From Eledone cirrhosa (Eukaryota), in the NCBI GenBank assembly GCA_964016885.1, contig OZ024741.1, positions 289,044,001-289,108,000 of the forward strand: a DNA stretch of 64,000 nt. Reading direction: 5' to 3'. Made by a program: the position numbers and the translations under genes. Below are positions 12,471 to 26,309 of the stretch, piece after piece. The notes beneath the pieces were generated by a model. That model had not been told where the DNA came from and did no database searches. It saw only the letters and a program-made list of their open reading frames with translations. Each line of letters opens with the position of its first letter. The first letter of the stretch is position 1.

Positions 12471-13718
12471 TCCCCCCACACTTATCCCCACTAACACACC
12501 CCTCCTTTTCACCGCCCACCCCACAACTAACAATACTAACACCTCCACTCCACCCCTCATCTGACCACCCTTCCCCAACTAACATACTAACATCCCTTCC
12601 CTCCCCTCTTCTCCTCCTCCCCCTCCTTATCACACACCCACCGGCACATATATACACGCGCTCACACTAAACACACACCCCACTACCACCACTAACCCTC
12701 ACACCTCTCACCCCCACACCTCCATCCCACCACCCCGCAACTAACCTCACTAACACCCCCTAACCCCAAGCGCACGAACACACGCACCCATTTACACCAC
12801 CCACCCCACACGCAACTAACATCACTAACACCCCCAACCCCACGCACACGTACCCACACCCTCGTACACCACCAACTCTACCACCACTAACCCCCACTCA
12901 CACCTGCATTCAACCCCTCCCCATCTCCCGTATACTAACACCCACTAACAGCTCTTCATCAAACTACACACACCAGTACACCACACTCCCTCCATAGAAC
13001 CACACACACCCTTCTCTCCCCTCTCCACCCACACCCTCGCTCCACACTCACTCATCCCACTAACACCCCTACTAATACACACACACACACACCCTCCTCA
13101 CTCCAACTTTCACACCTACCCATCCTCTCCCCTTTACCATTCCACCGACTGCTGCTATGCCCTTTGACCACCTCCCAGCACAAACAGACCACAGCACTCC
13201 CACTGCTGACCACTTCCTGTTGCGCGCGCACCCCACATCTCTCCTCTTCTGACCATCGCTTCATGGAATACCCACACGCAGAAATTGACCAACAACCAAT
13301 CCACTAAACATCTTCGGAATTTACCAACTTTTCAACCATCCTCTTACGTAATCACCTATATAACACACATTTCAAAATAGCACATTACTAGTCATTCTTG
13401 CATTAAGTTCTCTTGAACTCGTTGCCTCGTTGATCCTTTATTGATTATGCCACCTTAATTCTCTCAAGCTAAGTTTTACTATTCCTACATGAAAGACTGG
13501 TTAATCTTCATATATAACTTGTCTCGACTAGGTTAATTAATGACAGTATTTGTCTTTTTCATTGCAATTTTGTTTATTACAAAGTGTTATTCCAGAACAT
13601 TACTTGAAACTTTATCATACTGGAACAGGACTCATTATAGTAAGTTCCTTATACATAATTTTATAGGCTTATATAGGCAAATCTTTGCAAACTTTACCAA
13701 CACATTCGCTAAACAGAA

Positions 13719-15142
13719 AATGGCCTCAGCAATGAAGAAAACATGCAGGCAGTACAGCGTTGACTACTTACGGTTCGGATTCATCCCATCGCCGTCGAAC
13801 CACCTGTCACCCATGTGTTTAATTTGCAAGGAGTCCTTTTTGAATGAGGCGATGAAGCCATCGCATTTGAGTAGACACCTGGAGGTGAGACACCCCGATA
13901 AGAGATATAAAGATTTAGCATACTTTCAGTATCCTGGGGACCAATAGTAGAAAACAACACTAATTTCTTCTGCCTTTTCAAATGTTGATGGACTTGTCGC
14001 ATCTTACAATATTGCCAACATAATCGCAAAGTGTGGCAAGCCCCATTCTTTGGGTGAAACATTGGTAGCCCCTGTCATCTCAGAAGTTCTTTCAACAGTA
14101 CTACGTCAGAACCCGTTAAAGACCTTAAAATGTATTCCGTTGAGTAACGACTCAATAAAGAGACGCATCGACGAAATGGCGGAAAATGCAACATTTTGAA
14201 ATCGACACAATTTGCTTTGCAACTTGATGAAAGCACACTTTCCGGGAATCAGTCCTTACTACTGGGATACGTGCGATTTTCCACCAAAACGAAATGCACG
14301 AGGAGCTTCTCTTCACTCTGAATCTAGCCACAGGATACTAAAGGTGCCACGATCTTTGAATCTGTCAAGGGATACCTTGAAGTAAAAGAGACACCTCTTA
14401 CAAATATTGTATCATGTGCTACAGACGACGCAAGAGCAATGGTCGGCCAACATAAGGGTTTCGTCTCTCTTCTGAAGAGGGAAAATCCATCTGTATTTGT
14501 TGTTCATTGTGTCATTCATTGACAACACTTGCTGCGAAGAAACTCAGCGAGCCGCTGAGCAAGTCTTTGCAGGTAGCCATTGATGTCATCAATTATATCA
14601 AACGCCATGCGCTCAATGAACGAATTTTCCGGCAACTGTGCGAAGATAATGACGAAGAATTCGTCGAGTTGCTCCTTCATACTGAAGTGAGGTGGCTTTC
14701 AAAGTGCAAGTGCCTTACTCGCTTCTTTAAACTGTTCGACTCTATCATTGAGTTTCTTCGAGGACGCAACACAGAACTATATAAAAAGAAAACCTCGATG
14801 TGAGGCAAGACTGCGCCTACCTCACCGATATCTTCGACAAATGCAATAGCGTCATTATGGCTTTGCAGGGGGAGAAGATCACCTTGTTTAAAGCAAGGAA
14901 TGCTGTGAAAATATTCCTGGCCAAATTGAAAGTCATCGAAAGGAATCTTTGTTGACGGGAATTCTATAATTTTCCTAAGTGTCGCCAATGTTTCAAACAT
15001 TGTGAGCGATGACCAACTGCAAATTTATACCGCGCGCCTCCGTGCACTACAAGACAACATGAGAGAACGGTTTGTCGACCTTTTGCAGATGAACATCCCA
15101 TTGTGGATAGCAGATCCCTTCATAGTCAACGTCGACGATTTC
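13719..15142 (+). pseudogene. hAT (Buster/Charlie-type) transposase remnant
   Basis: RQYSVDYLRFGF, BED-type CLIC...MKPSHLSRHL..H, PLSND, ALQLDES, ATD, HCVIH, LLHTEVRWLS motifs with several frameshifts. No TIRs found. Confidence 0.9.
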
Positions 15143-16180
15143 TTTGGTGCGTTATGCTGGTTCCTTACCACATTTCCTTCGTTATCTAGCTCCTATTCCC
15201 GTAGTAGAGCACTTTCCGACCCTACCACGCCGTATCCAGACTTTTCCGCTAAGCTCAAGTTCTTTCACCCGCACCATGCGAAAACACAACATCGACTTCT
15301 CCACCAAGAACATCCCAGTTCCACCGAAAAAACTTTACCTTCGGATGCTCGCGCAAAATATCGACCTCTTTGCGAAAAGACTTAGATGGAGAACTTTTTT
15401 CTACGACAGATATTGCGACAATCAGGACTTCGGTACCAAGGAGAGATTCGGATTTAATACCTACAAATCTCCCCCTCCGAACCCTATGCTCTCACCCTTC
15501 GAGAATGATCTTTTCCAACTGGTCAAGAACATTAAATTCAAACCCAGACACAACCGATTCCTACAAAAACTCCGTAGCAACTTAACAGAGTATGATAACA
15601 CCAATAACATCATGGCGCACTCGGATAAAACTGGTAACCTGTACTTCGTCAACCCCGACAGATACCACACACTGATCAGGAGCAGCTTAAACTCCGCCTA
15701 TAAAAAGGCTAACCACTCATGCATCGAGGACATAAATCGAGATGGACAACAAATTACCTCCAGTCTCGGGGTCGCCGACCGCACGGAACCCCTAGACCCA
15801 CGGACACCCTACTTCACACTGAAGGACCACAAATCCCATTTCGACCGTAAACCTTCTATCAGGCTTATAAACCCAACGAAGTCCGACATAGGGAGAATCA
15901 GTAAAAATAATCCTTGATCGCGTTATACCAAAAGTTAAGCAAAACGCCAGACTTAGCCTATGGGTCAACACCCAGGAAGTAATCTCATGGTTCAGCAATA
16001 TGGAGGAAAAACGAGACACTAAATTCATCCAGTTTGACATAGAGAGTTACTATGCTTGAATTACCTTACCGCTACTTACAGCTGCCTTGGACTTTGCCGA
16101 GACACTTGCGTCCATTACCGACCAGGAGACCAGGAAAGAAACATCATCCTCCACGCCAGGAAGACAGTCCTACAATTCCT
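15143..16180 (+). pseudogene. PLE 5' fragment, YRDD/CNC-type family (probably Nematis-like)
   Basis: ATG at 15276: STKNIPVP, KRLRWR, FENDL, SDKTGNLY, TLKDHK, RLINPTKSDIG, FIQFDI. Confidence 0.85.
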
Positions 16181-16202
16181 ATATATTATAATATATAATA
16201 TA

Positions 16203-16892
16203 GGCATACATGACTTTTAACGGTCTGAAAAATGAAAGTAAATTTATTTTCCTTTTCAACGTCATGAAAATGAAACTACATTTATTGTCCTTAATTATTT
16301 TCATTTTGACTCTCCGCATGGACAGTTATAGACGGTGCTATTTTATTAGAGAAGTTTGTGAGCAGTATTTGGAGGCAAATCCTCAACAACTTGGAAGCTT
16401 CGATGACAATGGTGAGTCGATCATTGTAGAGATCGAAGAATCGAAATACTTCGATAGAAAGTCATTCTGGACGCTGCTGTCTTGTAGAAGTCCCAGATCG
16501 AAGCCGTGAGACTCTCGTCCCCATTATTCAGCAGTGGATTGCGAAGAAGAAGCTTCGTCGCCAGCATGGGACCAGCAATACTTTATTCCCCTCATATCTA
16601 GCTGAATTTCTTTGGCGGCAAGAGAGTTGGCGAAATGCTAACAGATGTTTATAAGGTTGGTAAATTTAAATTTTATATGCAACAAACGTTTAAATATGTA
16701 ATTTTTTTCAACACACACACAGAACGGACAGTATCAACATTTACAATCGGAAATGAAAATAATTAATGACAATAAATGTAGTTTCATTTTCATGATGTTG
16801 AAAATGAAAATAAATTTACTTTCATTTTCATGATGTTGAAAATGAAAATAAATTTACTTTCATTTTTCAGACCGTTAAAAGTCATGTATACC
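16203..16892 (+). mobile_element. Non-autonomous Merlin (IS1595-like) DNA transposon
   Basis: TIRs of about 100 bp (GGCATACATGACTTTTAACGGTCTG / CAGACCGTTAAAAGTCATGTATACC), 9-bp TSD TATAATATA (16194-16202, 16893-16901), internal remnant FIREVC...IVEIEESKY. Confidence 0.85.
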
Positions 16893-16907
16893 TATAATAT
16901 ATATATA

Positions 16908-18663
16908 TCACTGAAGGACATCCCATTACCGGGTAAACGAGAGTACACCAGGAATCTCACTAAGAGTACTGACTCCCTAATACGCAGGATGCGGTGGAGG
17001 GCTTACCACTTTGATAGAGGAAACCCCAACACTAATAACAAAAAAAAACATGGACTGCCTCTTCAGATCAGGAAGGACCCTCCCCCCTACAACAGACTAT
17101 TGGAGGAGTTCGAGAACGAAATGATTGGCATCATTTCCAACATCAAATTTTCCGATCAACCGTACCGGGGTCGAGAGTACCTTAGACGACTGGAAAATGG
17201 AATCACCGAGCTTAAGGAATCTACAGGAATACTCGTCCATGCAGACAAAACCAATAACATTTACATCATGGACGTTCAACTTTACCATGAGCTAATCCTC
17301 AGGGAATTGAGAAAAAGCTACAAAAAACGCCCGAGGCCACCCTGGAGGATATCAACATCAAGGCTTGCGATCGTATTTGGTCTTGGCATCGATGATATTA
17401 CGGCCCCATACCAACCAGGGAAGCCGGGGATTACCATTAAGAACCAGAAACCAAACTTAGAGTCTACCCTGTCGGTCAGACTGGTAGCCCCCTCCCGGTC
17501 AGACATGGGGGTTCTTAGCAAAAGCACTTTAGATAGGATCCTGTCAACAATTAGGAGTAAAATAAGGTTACAACTCTGGTCCAGCACCAGCCAGGTGCTG
17601 GACTGGTTTACTTTTTTACCTAACATAGGACTAGCTTCATACAACTAGACATCAACAACTACTACTCCTGAACAAGGCCCTCATATTCGCGATGAATAGG
17701 ACAGACCTAACGCGCCACGAGGACCGAATCATACACGCCGCCAGAAAGACCCTGATCTGATTCGGTGGGGAGCTATGGACCCGGAGTGACTGGCCAAATA
17801 ATTTTGACATCACAATGGGCTCCAGTGACTTCGCCCAGCTAACGGACCTGGTTGGGATATACATACTCTACGATAAAGGTTCTCAACGAGGGGGCATATG
17901 TCACGCAGTAGAAAATATATTTGGTTTCACCCCATATTTAACACCTCTATTAGTACTAACCTGCCCTCTACCTTCTTTAGAATAATAAATAAGCAGACTA
18001 TCTTACTCCACAGCGCCAAATATAGAGGCACACCATTAAGATGCTTAACGCTAAAAAGATACATAACAACACCAAAACGCAAATTTACAACAATAACAAT
18101 ACAATCACCACCGACCGAACACAACAGAATATCTAATACACAACCACCCGCTAATAGGCAGGCAAACAAAACGTAACACACTTGTACAGGCATCGCAGCC
18201 CACCAATAATGCCAAAGTTGCCCATGACAAGAACTGTAACTGCCACCTACCTGAAACCTGTCCATTACATAATGAATGTATGCAGTCTAACCTGGTTTAC
18301 CAATGCACGGTGGAATCAGACAACCTGAAATGGTATTACATCGGAGCGACTGGGAATACATTTAAAGCCCGTTGGTATACACACCGTTACGCAATGAAAC
18401 ATTCCCAGCATCGTTATGTAACTACCCGTGCAAACAAGACCTGGCAACTGAGGGAAAGTAGCCATCAATACACCCTGAAGTGGAAAAAATTATCGAACGC
18501 GCCCACATATCGGAGTGGTATGAGAAGCTGTCGATTATGCGACCTTGAGCTGTTCCACATCTTGAGTTCGAAGAATAAGTTACTCAACAATAAAATCGAA
18601 AGATCAATTTATTGTGACCATAGACTCAAAGAGAAGTTTTCGCACTATAAATCGAACCCTTAA
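16908..18663 (+). pseudogene. PLE (Nematis-like), internally deleted, RT + GIY-YIG
   Basis: SLKDIP, RRMRWR, ADKTNNIY, MGSSD, WFHPIFN, CNC..CPL, LVYQC...YYIGATG...CRLC. Confidence 0.85.
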
Positions 18664-18954
18664 CCTCTTACTACCAACTGACAAACTGCATATACTTAAA
18701 CGTTATACCCTCTTGTTGTATCTAAACCCTTTTAATCAATCACCCACAAAACCAATGCATATATCCCTCTCTTCTCCCTCTTCTATTTCTTCGTTTTCTT
18801 CCTTCCTTACCTCCCCTTCTTGGCTATCTTTTCTTTTCTTCTTTCTCACCCCCTTCTTTGCTTTTATTTTTGTCATTATTATCTTTATCTTATTTTTATT
18901 TTTATTTTTATTTTATATATATATATATATATATGTATATGTATATATATATGT

Positions 18955-19630
18955 ATGTTCCCACACACTTCTCACATGAAGAAGGGCTTATGCCCGAAAC
19001 GTCGTCCCCCACCTATCCCCCACTCTCCTGAGCGTGAATTTAATAAACATTTATTGTACTACCTCTCTGTTCCGTCCCTGTTCAAATTTTTCATTATATA
19101 TAACACACGCTCACACGGCTTCCATCCTTGGAACATAACTTAACAACCGGCTCAACCCCGATCTAATCCGCCGTGACCTTTCTCCGAACTTTACACACCT
19201 TCCCACACTTTGTCTTTCCTTCTCCACCACTCCCCTACACACCTTTTGAACTCTGTTCCCACACACTTCTCACCTGAAGAAGGGCTTATGCCCGAAACGT
19301 CGCCCCCCCCCCACCTATCCCCCACTCTCCTGAGCGTGAATTTAATAAACATTTATTGTACTACCTCTCTGTTCCGTCCCTGTTCAAATTTTTCATTATA
19401 TATAACACACGCTCACACGGCTTCCATCCTTGGAACATAACTTAACCGGCTCAACCCCGATCTAATCCGCCGTGACCTTTCTCCGAACTTTACACACCTT
19501 CCCACACTTTGTCTTTCCTTCTCCACCACTCCCCTACACACCTTTTGAACTCTGTTCCCACACACTTCTCACCTGAAGAAGGGCTTATGCCCGAAACGTC
19601 GTCCCCCACCTACCCCCCACTCTCCTGAGG
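18955..19630 (+). repeat. Tandem array of ~299-bp hammerhead-bearing pLTR units
   Basis: Unit starts near 18964, 19263 and 19562; CTGAAGA cores at 19274 and 19573, with a C3-to-A change in the first copy. Confidence 0.9.
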
Positions 19631-20694
19631 CCTCTTTGCCCTCCACAAAATCAACCCCAGGACCACGGATGGGTTCAGGAAAAACCTTTACACCTTCTTT
19701 AAAAACTTAGGCCTTAGGATTACCTTAGATTCGAACTTAACTAAAGCTAACTTCCTAGACGTTACCCTCGACTTAGAAACTTTCCTTTACTACCCGTACC
19801 ACAAACCTAATGAATCCCTTAGATATATAGACGTTAATTCTAACCACCCCAAAAATACATTAGACAACCTAGTGAAAAGTGTCCATCAGGATATCTAGCC
19901 TCGCCGCCAATGAAGATATCTTTAGAGCAGCAGCCCCCTATTACAACGAGGCCCTGGCCCGCAGCGGCTTTAGAGATAAGATCACCTACCTTAGTATAGC
20001 CCCACGCCCACCCAGGAAGAATAGGCGAAGGCACATTAGCTGGTGCAACCCTCCCTTCAACCGCGAAGTTTCAACACCTGTAGCTAAAATTTTCTTCACT
20101 CTCTTACAAAAACACTTCCCCATCCGACATAGGTACTCTACAATCCTTAATAAGAATACCACCAGACTCTCCTACTCTACCACACCTAATCTAGCTAGGA
20201 ACTTAGCCAACAATAACGTCAATAAGCTAAATAAGTCTACTTTTTCCGAAGCTCATCCAGCAACCGATGACAATTGCAATTGCCCTGATAAGACTACTTG
20301 CCCCCTCAACAACAACTGTCTAAAAAAAGATCTCGTCTATATATGCGATGTACTCTCAGGCCCCGATGAAAAAAGAAACTCGTACATCGGGATGACTTCT
20401 AACAGTTTTAAGACTCGCTGGTACGCCCACACACATTCGTTCCGGCGCACAGACAAATCTAACCAAACAACACTCGCCGCCCACATCTGGCACCTTAAAA
20501 GGAACTCCATCCCCTTCAAGACCCAATGGAGACTACTCCAGAGAGCGCGATCTTACACGGGAGGCCATAATTGCTGTGACCTCTGTATCTCCGAGAGCTA
20601 TGAGATTCTATTCGCCAAAGGCCCTCTCCTAAACAAGATCTCGGAACACTCCCCTAATTGCATGCACAAGAACTATGCAAATTACAAAAACTAG
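19630..20694 (+). pseudogene. PLE 3' fragment (Nematis-like): RT thumb + GIY-YIG
   Basis: NFLDVTLD, SNHP, WCNPPFN, CNC..CPL..C, LVYIC...YIGMTS..FKTRW..H, CDLC. Confidence 0.9.
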
Positions 20695-21237
20695 ACCCCC
20701 GCCCCGCCCCCCATCCCACTTCCGTCCCTCCATCTCTCATTACTACCTTCTTTCCTCCCCTCCATGTCTCATTATTACCTTTCCTCCCCTCCAGTTGTAT
20801 GCCTCTGAGTAAGGTTCCGTGGCCGCACACACACATTCACGTATATATCTGCTCATGCTTGCATTCGTGCAGTTATGAACTGCTGCACGCACACGTTCGA
20901 GATTTATTTATTTATTTGTTTATCTGTTTGTTTGTTTGTTTGTTTGTTAGTTAATTCATTTATTTATTATTTAATAGGTGAATGATTAAATAATGAATAG
21001 ATAAAAGATAAAAGATAAGTAATAAATAGTGAATGGTAAATAATAAATAATAATTATTTACTTGATGATAATATTAATAATTTAGTAGTGATAATAAATA
21101 TTTTAATCTTTTATCAGGCTCAGTTTATAATTTGTCCCACTACTTTTTCCCAATATATATATAGATACATATATATGTGTGAACGAGTGCGTGTATGTGT
21201 ATGTATTTGTAGGTGTGTATGTGTATATATGTGTATA

Positions 21238-21274
<37 letters not shown>

Positions 21275-21277
<3 letters not shown>

Positions 21278-21628
21278 AATCTAATAAACATTTGTCGTAC
21301 TGCCTCTCTGTTCTGTCCCTGTTCAATTTTTTATTATACAAAACACACGCTCACACGGCCTCCATCCTTGGAACAACTTAACAACCGGCTCAACCCCGAT
21401 CTAATCCGCCGTGACCTTTCTCCGAACTTTACACACCTTCCCACACTTTGTCTTTCCTTCCACGCATTACCTATGTCTCTCCACCACTCCCCTACACACC
21501 TTTTGAACTCTTACCTGAAGAAGGGCTTATGCCCGAAACGTCGTCCTCCACCTACCCCCCACTCTCCTGAGCGTGAATCTAATAAATATTTGTCGTACTG
21601 CCTCTGTTCTGTCCCTGTTCAATTTTTT
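21275..21628 (+). repeat. pLTR unit (~1.2 copies) with hammerhead-like core at 21515
   Basis: Same unit as 40437-41312; flanked on both sides by (TA)n. Confidence 0.85.
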
Positions 21629-21741
<113 letters not shown>

Positions 21742-21844
21742 TGCTTTGTGTGTATGTATATGGGTGTGTATGTGTATGTGGTGTACGTGCTTTGTGTGTG
21801 TGTATTTATATATATGTATAGATATACACATACAAGTGTTTATG

Positions 21845-24800
21845 TAATGGCGACATCAACGGATGCGGGAGACCCATGACCCAAGCGAAGCTCTTCCATC
21901 GGAGAACTACTCGACGGCGGGACCCCCGAGTTGGGGCGGGAAGGACAAGAGCCTATCGGACTGTGGAGCTACTGTGACCGCCGGGGAAAACCACCGCTCT
22001 GATTGGCAGACCTACACTGCACCGTCTAGCCTCCATATCGAGCTCGAGTCCGACCCAGACTAGCAAGCTGTGACGGGTGGGTATTCGTCACGACTTGTCG
22101 GTATCGCGGTTTTAGGCCGCTTGTCATTTCCGGTAGTGTAAATCCGATAACGCCTTAGGCCCACGCCCGGAGCAAAGGCTCCGCCGGCCCCCCCGGGGGG
22201 GGGGGGGGCATACCAGTGCGACGTCGCGTTTGTCCCCGCCTCGATGGGTCGACGGTGCCTCGTCGTCCCAACCCGGTCTCCCGTCTACGAGGGGGGAGCC
22301 CAGGGGCCGGACAACGGCGCGTCGCCCTGTGGCGGGGATCCGTGTCTAAAACAAAAGGCGGGGAGTCGGATCGTGGCGACTGTAACTCAACGGCCGACAC
22401 CCGTCCCTGATCAAGTCGGGAGGGCGGGCTCGGCCACGGTGAGTCTTTTCGGGAGGTCGTCAACGAAAGGCTCGAATGGACTAAAACAAAGAACGTGGAG
22501 CCCGAACTAAGGCGACTGGACCCCAACGGCCGACACTCAGCCCAGTAAGGGTGGGCGAGTTCGGCCAAGGTGAGATCCTACGGGGGGTCGCCCTGTGGCG
22601 GGGAACCGTGTCTAAAACAAGAGGCGGGGAGTCGGATCGTGGCGACTGTAACTCAACGGCCGACACCCGTCCCCGAACAAGTCGGGAGGGAGGGCTCGGC
22701 CACGTTGAGTTTTCTTCGGGAGGTCGTCATCGAAAGGCTCGCGTGGACTAAAACAAAGAACGGGGAGCCCGAACTATGGCGACCGGACCCCACCGGCAGA
22801 CACCGTGCCCAGTGGAGGGTGGGCGAGCTCGGCCAAGGTGAGATCCTACGGGAGGTCGCCACAGATGGGCCCGAAAGGTCTAAAACAAAGAACGGGGAGC
22901 CCGAACTATGGCGGCTGGACCCCACCGGCAGACACCGCGCCCAGTGGAGGGTGGGCGGGCTCGGCCAAGGTGAGATCCTACGGGGGGTCGCCACAGATGG
23001 GCCCGAAAGGTCTAAAACAAAGCAAGGGAGGCGCACCGTGGGCGTGCTCAATCACGTAGCATCGCCATGGTGTTACAAAGAGTGCGCCTACAGAGGAATC
23101 TCTGGAACGTGCCGCCACCAACCCCAAGATCGCTCAAAGCTGCCTCGGCCGCGACGGACCAGCTCCCGCAAGCCCCAATTGGAAAGCCGTGCACCAGTAC
23201 CGTCGTCTCGGGATCGCCCTCCCGAAGCGAGTCCGCCAGTGGGGAATACTTCGCCACCTTCTCCTCGGCCGCCCTCTCAAGGGCCGAACCGTCACATCGA
23301 TTATGACCGTCCAACCCGGCCTGCTAAATACCAGGTCCGGAATGAGCCTCCGGCCCTCCACGAAGAAGACCGGCTCCACCGCGGCCGACCAGCCCTGGCG
23401 TTCTGCCTCACCCACGATCCAACCACACACCGAGTTGTGCCTGTGAAGCCGAAGGCGTCCGAGCGCGGGGCACACCCCGCTCAGATGCGAGAGCGTCTCG
23501 ACCCTAGCTCCGCATCGACGACATGAGCGATCTCCCCTGCCACCCCTAGCGAGGCATTCCCGCGTGGGAAACGTGTTCGTACGGATCTTAAGGCAGCACA
23601 GAAACGTCCCTTCCTCGAGGCGGCCGGGGCCGCCGCTGTACAGCCAGTCGTTACCCTCCGCGTTCCCTCGATAGGCGGCCGCACAAACTCCCTGTACCGG
23701 CAGCGCCTCCCACGCCCGTGAGTGGAAGGCTCGGATGCCGGGATCATAGGGACGCTCCGGATCAGAAGGCGGCAGCGGCAGTCCGTACCTGGTGGCGATC
23801 TCGGCGCACCTCGCACGCAGACCAGCCGCGTCCGCAAGCCCCCGGATTGCAGTCGAGCTAGAGGTCTCGAGCCTGCGGTAGAGCTTAATCACGTTCGCCG
23901 GGATAGATCTCGCCAGCTCCGGGAGGCCGAGTCCGCCATCCGCCCTGGAACTGTAGAGGAAATGGGACGATGTCGACTCGTGGAGATGCAAGAACGAGCG
24001 CACTCCGGAACGCACCACCGCATCCAGTGATTCGAGCACGCCTCGCGCCGGAAGGTTCATCGTCAGACCGTAGAGGAATCTCGGGAGGAGAAAGGTCTGA
24101 ACCAGTTCCAACATCTGTCTCGGCTTGAGGGGCGCCGCGCGGATTTTTTCGAGGGAACCGCGCAACCACTCGACGGAGACCACCTCGCCACCACCGGACC
24201 AAGTATCGACCTCCACCCCGAGATAACGGAAGGACCTGTCGGCAGGGTCAATCCGCGGCAGAGGCCTACCGCCGACCACCGGGGGCGCGTCTCTATTCAC
24301 AAAGAAGGTACGGGACCGCGACTCCACAGCGAACGACGTACACTTGGACAGAGGCGATCCAGCAGCGGGTCCGTCGCTATATTAAACAGAATCGGGGAAA
24401 GCGCATCACCCTGTCGGACACCCCTCATAATCGGTATGGGGTCGCTCTTACCCGAGCGCAATTCGAACCTGGTCGTCGCCCCCGTGTACAGGTCGGCGAC
24501 AAGGTCGGTGATGTGACCGCAAAATCCCTTTCGCTCCATACCGGCGGCCACCAACTGATGGGGAATCGTGTCGAAGGCCTTTGCAAGGTCCAAAAAGGCG
24601 ACGTCCAGACGGCCCAGACGTCGGGCACCTCTCCGACCCTGCGCCATAGCAATCAACTCGCGAACCACGAAAACGTTCTCGCCGCACCCATCCGCCTTAA
24701 TGAATCCCCGCTGTGCCTGGTTCAGAGGAGTGGCATCCAAGAAGCGCCTCGCCAGAACCTTCGTGTAGAGACGATAAATCGCAGAGCAAATCGTCAGGGG

Positions 24801-25019
24801 CCTCCAGTCGGACAGGTCGTTCGGGTTTCTTCCGCTTTTAGGCAGAAGAATGGACCTGCCCTCCTTAAGCACCGATGGTACACGACCGGCAAGCAGGAAA
24901 CAGTTGAACAGATTCGCGCTGACCTCAGGGCCGGCCCTTCGAATCGCCCGTGGGGGGACCCCGTCAGGGCCTGCCGCCGAGCCGGCCCTCAGCCCACCGA
25001 GGGCCGAGGTAATCTCCAT
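21845..25019 (-). mobile_element. 5'-truncated non-LTR retrotransposon with restriction-like endonuclease (R2/NeSL/HERO-type)
   Basis: RT motifs SAAGPDG, DWRPLT, QRGF, AFLDLAKAFD, GVRQGDALSP, YLG, GGLG. CCHC knuckle CRRCG..ETLSHLSGVC, RHN, PDLV...IIDV, EKVAKY. The YADD region is deleted. GC-rich 3' UTR of about 1.2 kb. Confidence 0.9.
22321..23022. repeat. ~133-bp tandem repeat in the 3' UTR of the RLE element
   Basis: ctaaaacaa anchors at about 22345, 22481, 22612, 22748, 22880 and 23012. Confidence 0.85.
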
Positions 25020-26192
25020 GTGGTTGTGATTATGTAAATATATTTTATTCTTTTCATTCTACAAAAACACTCTGGCCACCTGTAGCTTGTATGTTAACTT
25101 GACCACTCACCATAGAACAATGGTATGTGCCATGATTCGGTCTTGTTTATCTTCTAATACCAACCCGCCTAAAAAAATTTCCCTACTATATATCTGTTGA
25201 ATTACTTGGGGTTTTTATTTATTTATTTATTTTTTCTTTTTCTTTTTATTTTACAAAAGCACTCCGGCTAATTGACCACTCCCCAAAGAAAAAACGGCCT
25301 GTATCCTGTTATGGTCCTGTGTATCTAAATACCCCCCCCCCCCACCACCACCACCCTCCCTTGCCACTACCTACATGTATAAATACCAGAACTTAATATG
25401 ACACCCAGCTTCCTGAAGATTTCATCTGAATGAAACAGTTCTAGTCCTGTAGAAGCTCCTTCTATCCAATAAATATATTATATATATAAATATATTATAT
25501 ATATATATATATATACAAAAATCTACATGCATATATATATATATATATATATAAATATACATGTATATATATATATAAATATACATATATATATAAATAT
25601 ACATATATATATAAATATACATATATATATATATATAAATCTACATACATATATATAAATCTACATACATATATATATATATATATATATAAATCTACAT
25701 ACATATATATATAAATCTACATACATATATATATATATAAATCTACATACATATTGTTATACTTTGGGAGGGTCATACATATATATGTTATATATATATT
25801 ATATGCCCTTTGTGTGTGTGTAACCTCTGCACCCTACTATCAATACCACCCCATCTATGGCTCCACTAACCACTCGACTCCCGGGAATGAATATGACCAC
25901 AGTAAACAAGGACCCACACCCCACCCTCCCGCACGTTTTCCCATGTGTTGTTTACTTGTCTCACTCGCTTTACGCGTTTCAATTGTCCTAATAACTTTTT
26001 TTAGTTATTGTCGCACCAACATGGGGTATATGATTTTTAATGCGATGAAATACGTTGGCAAATCACTGATGAGGGACTCATTTTATAACATGTAATCCAT
26101 GTGCAACCATGCAGTATTCTTCTCCCCATATTTTTCATATATATATAAATATACATACATATATATATATAAATATACATACATATATATAA

Positions 26193-26235
<43 letters not shown>

Positions 26236-26309
26236 TGTATGTGGAGGAGGTTATAGTTCACTTGAAGCATTGTGTAATGAGGTATAAACGCTTGAATATG
26301 TATAATAAA

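Noticed and set aside
10840-12564. 574-aa proline-rich ORF suggesting an extensin/formin-like protein
   Set aside because: C-rich PLE DNA lacks stops in alternative frames; only the central part is the true RT frame.
22321-23022. Regularly spaced GTTTTAG motif on the minus strand, resembling a type II CRISPR repeat
   Set aside because: The intervening sequences are homologous rather than unique spacers, there are no cas genes, and the context is a eukaryotic retrotransposon UTR.
22570-23526. 318-aa + strand ORF with repeats
   Set aside because: Antisense to the GC-rich RLE element and its UTR repeats; no recognisable domain.
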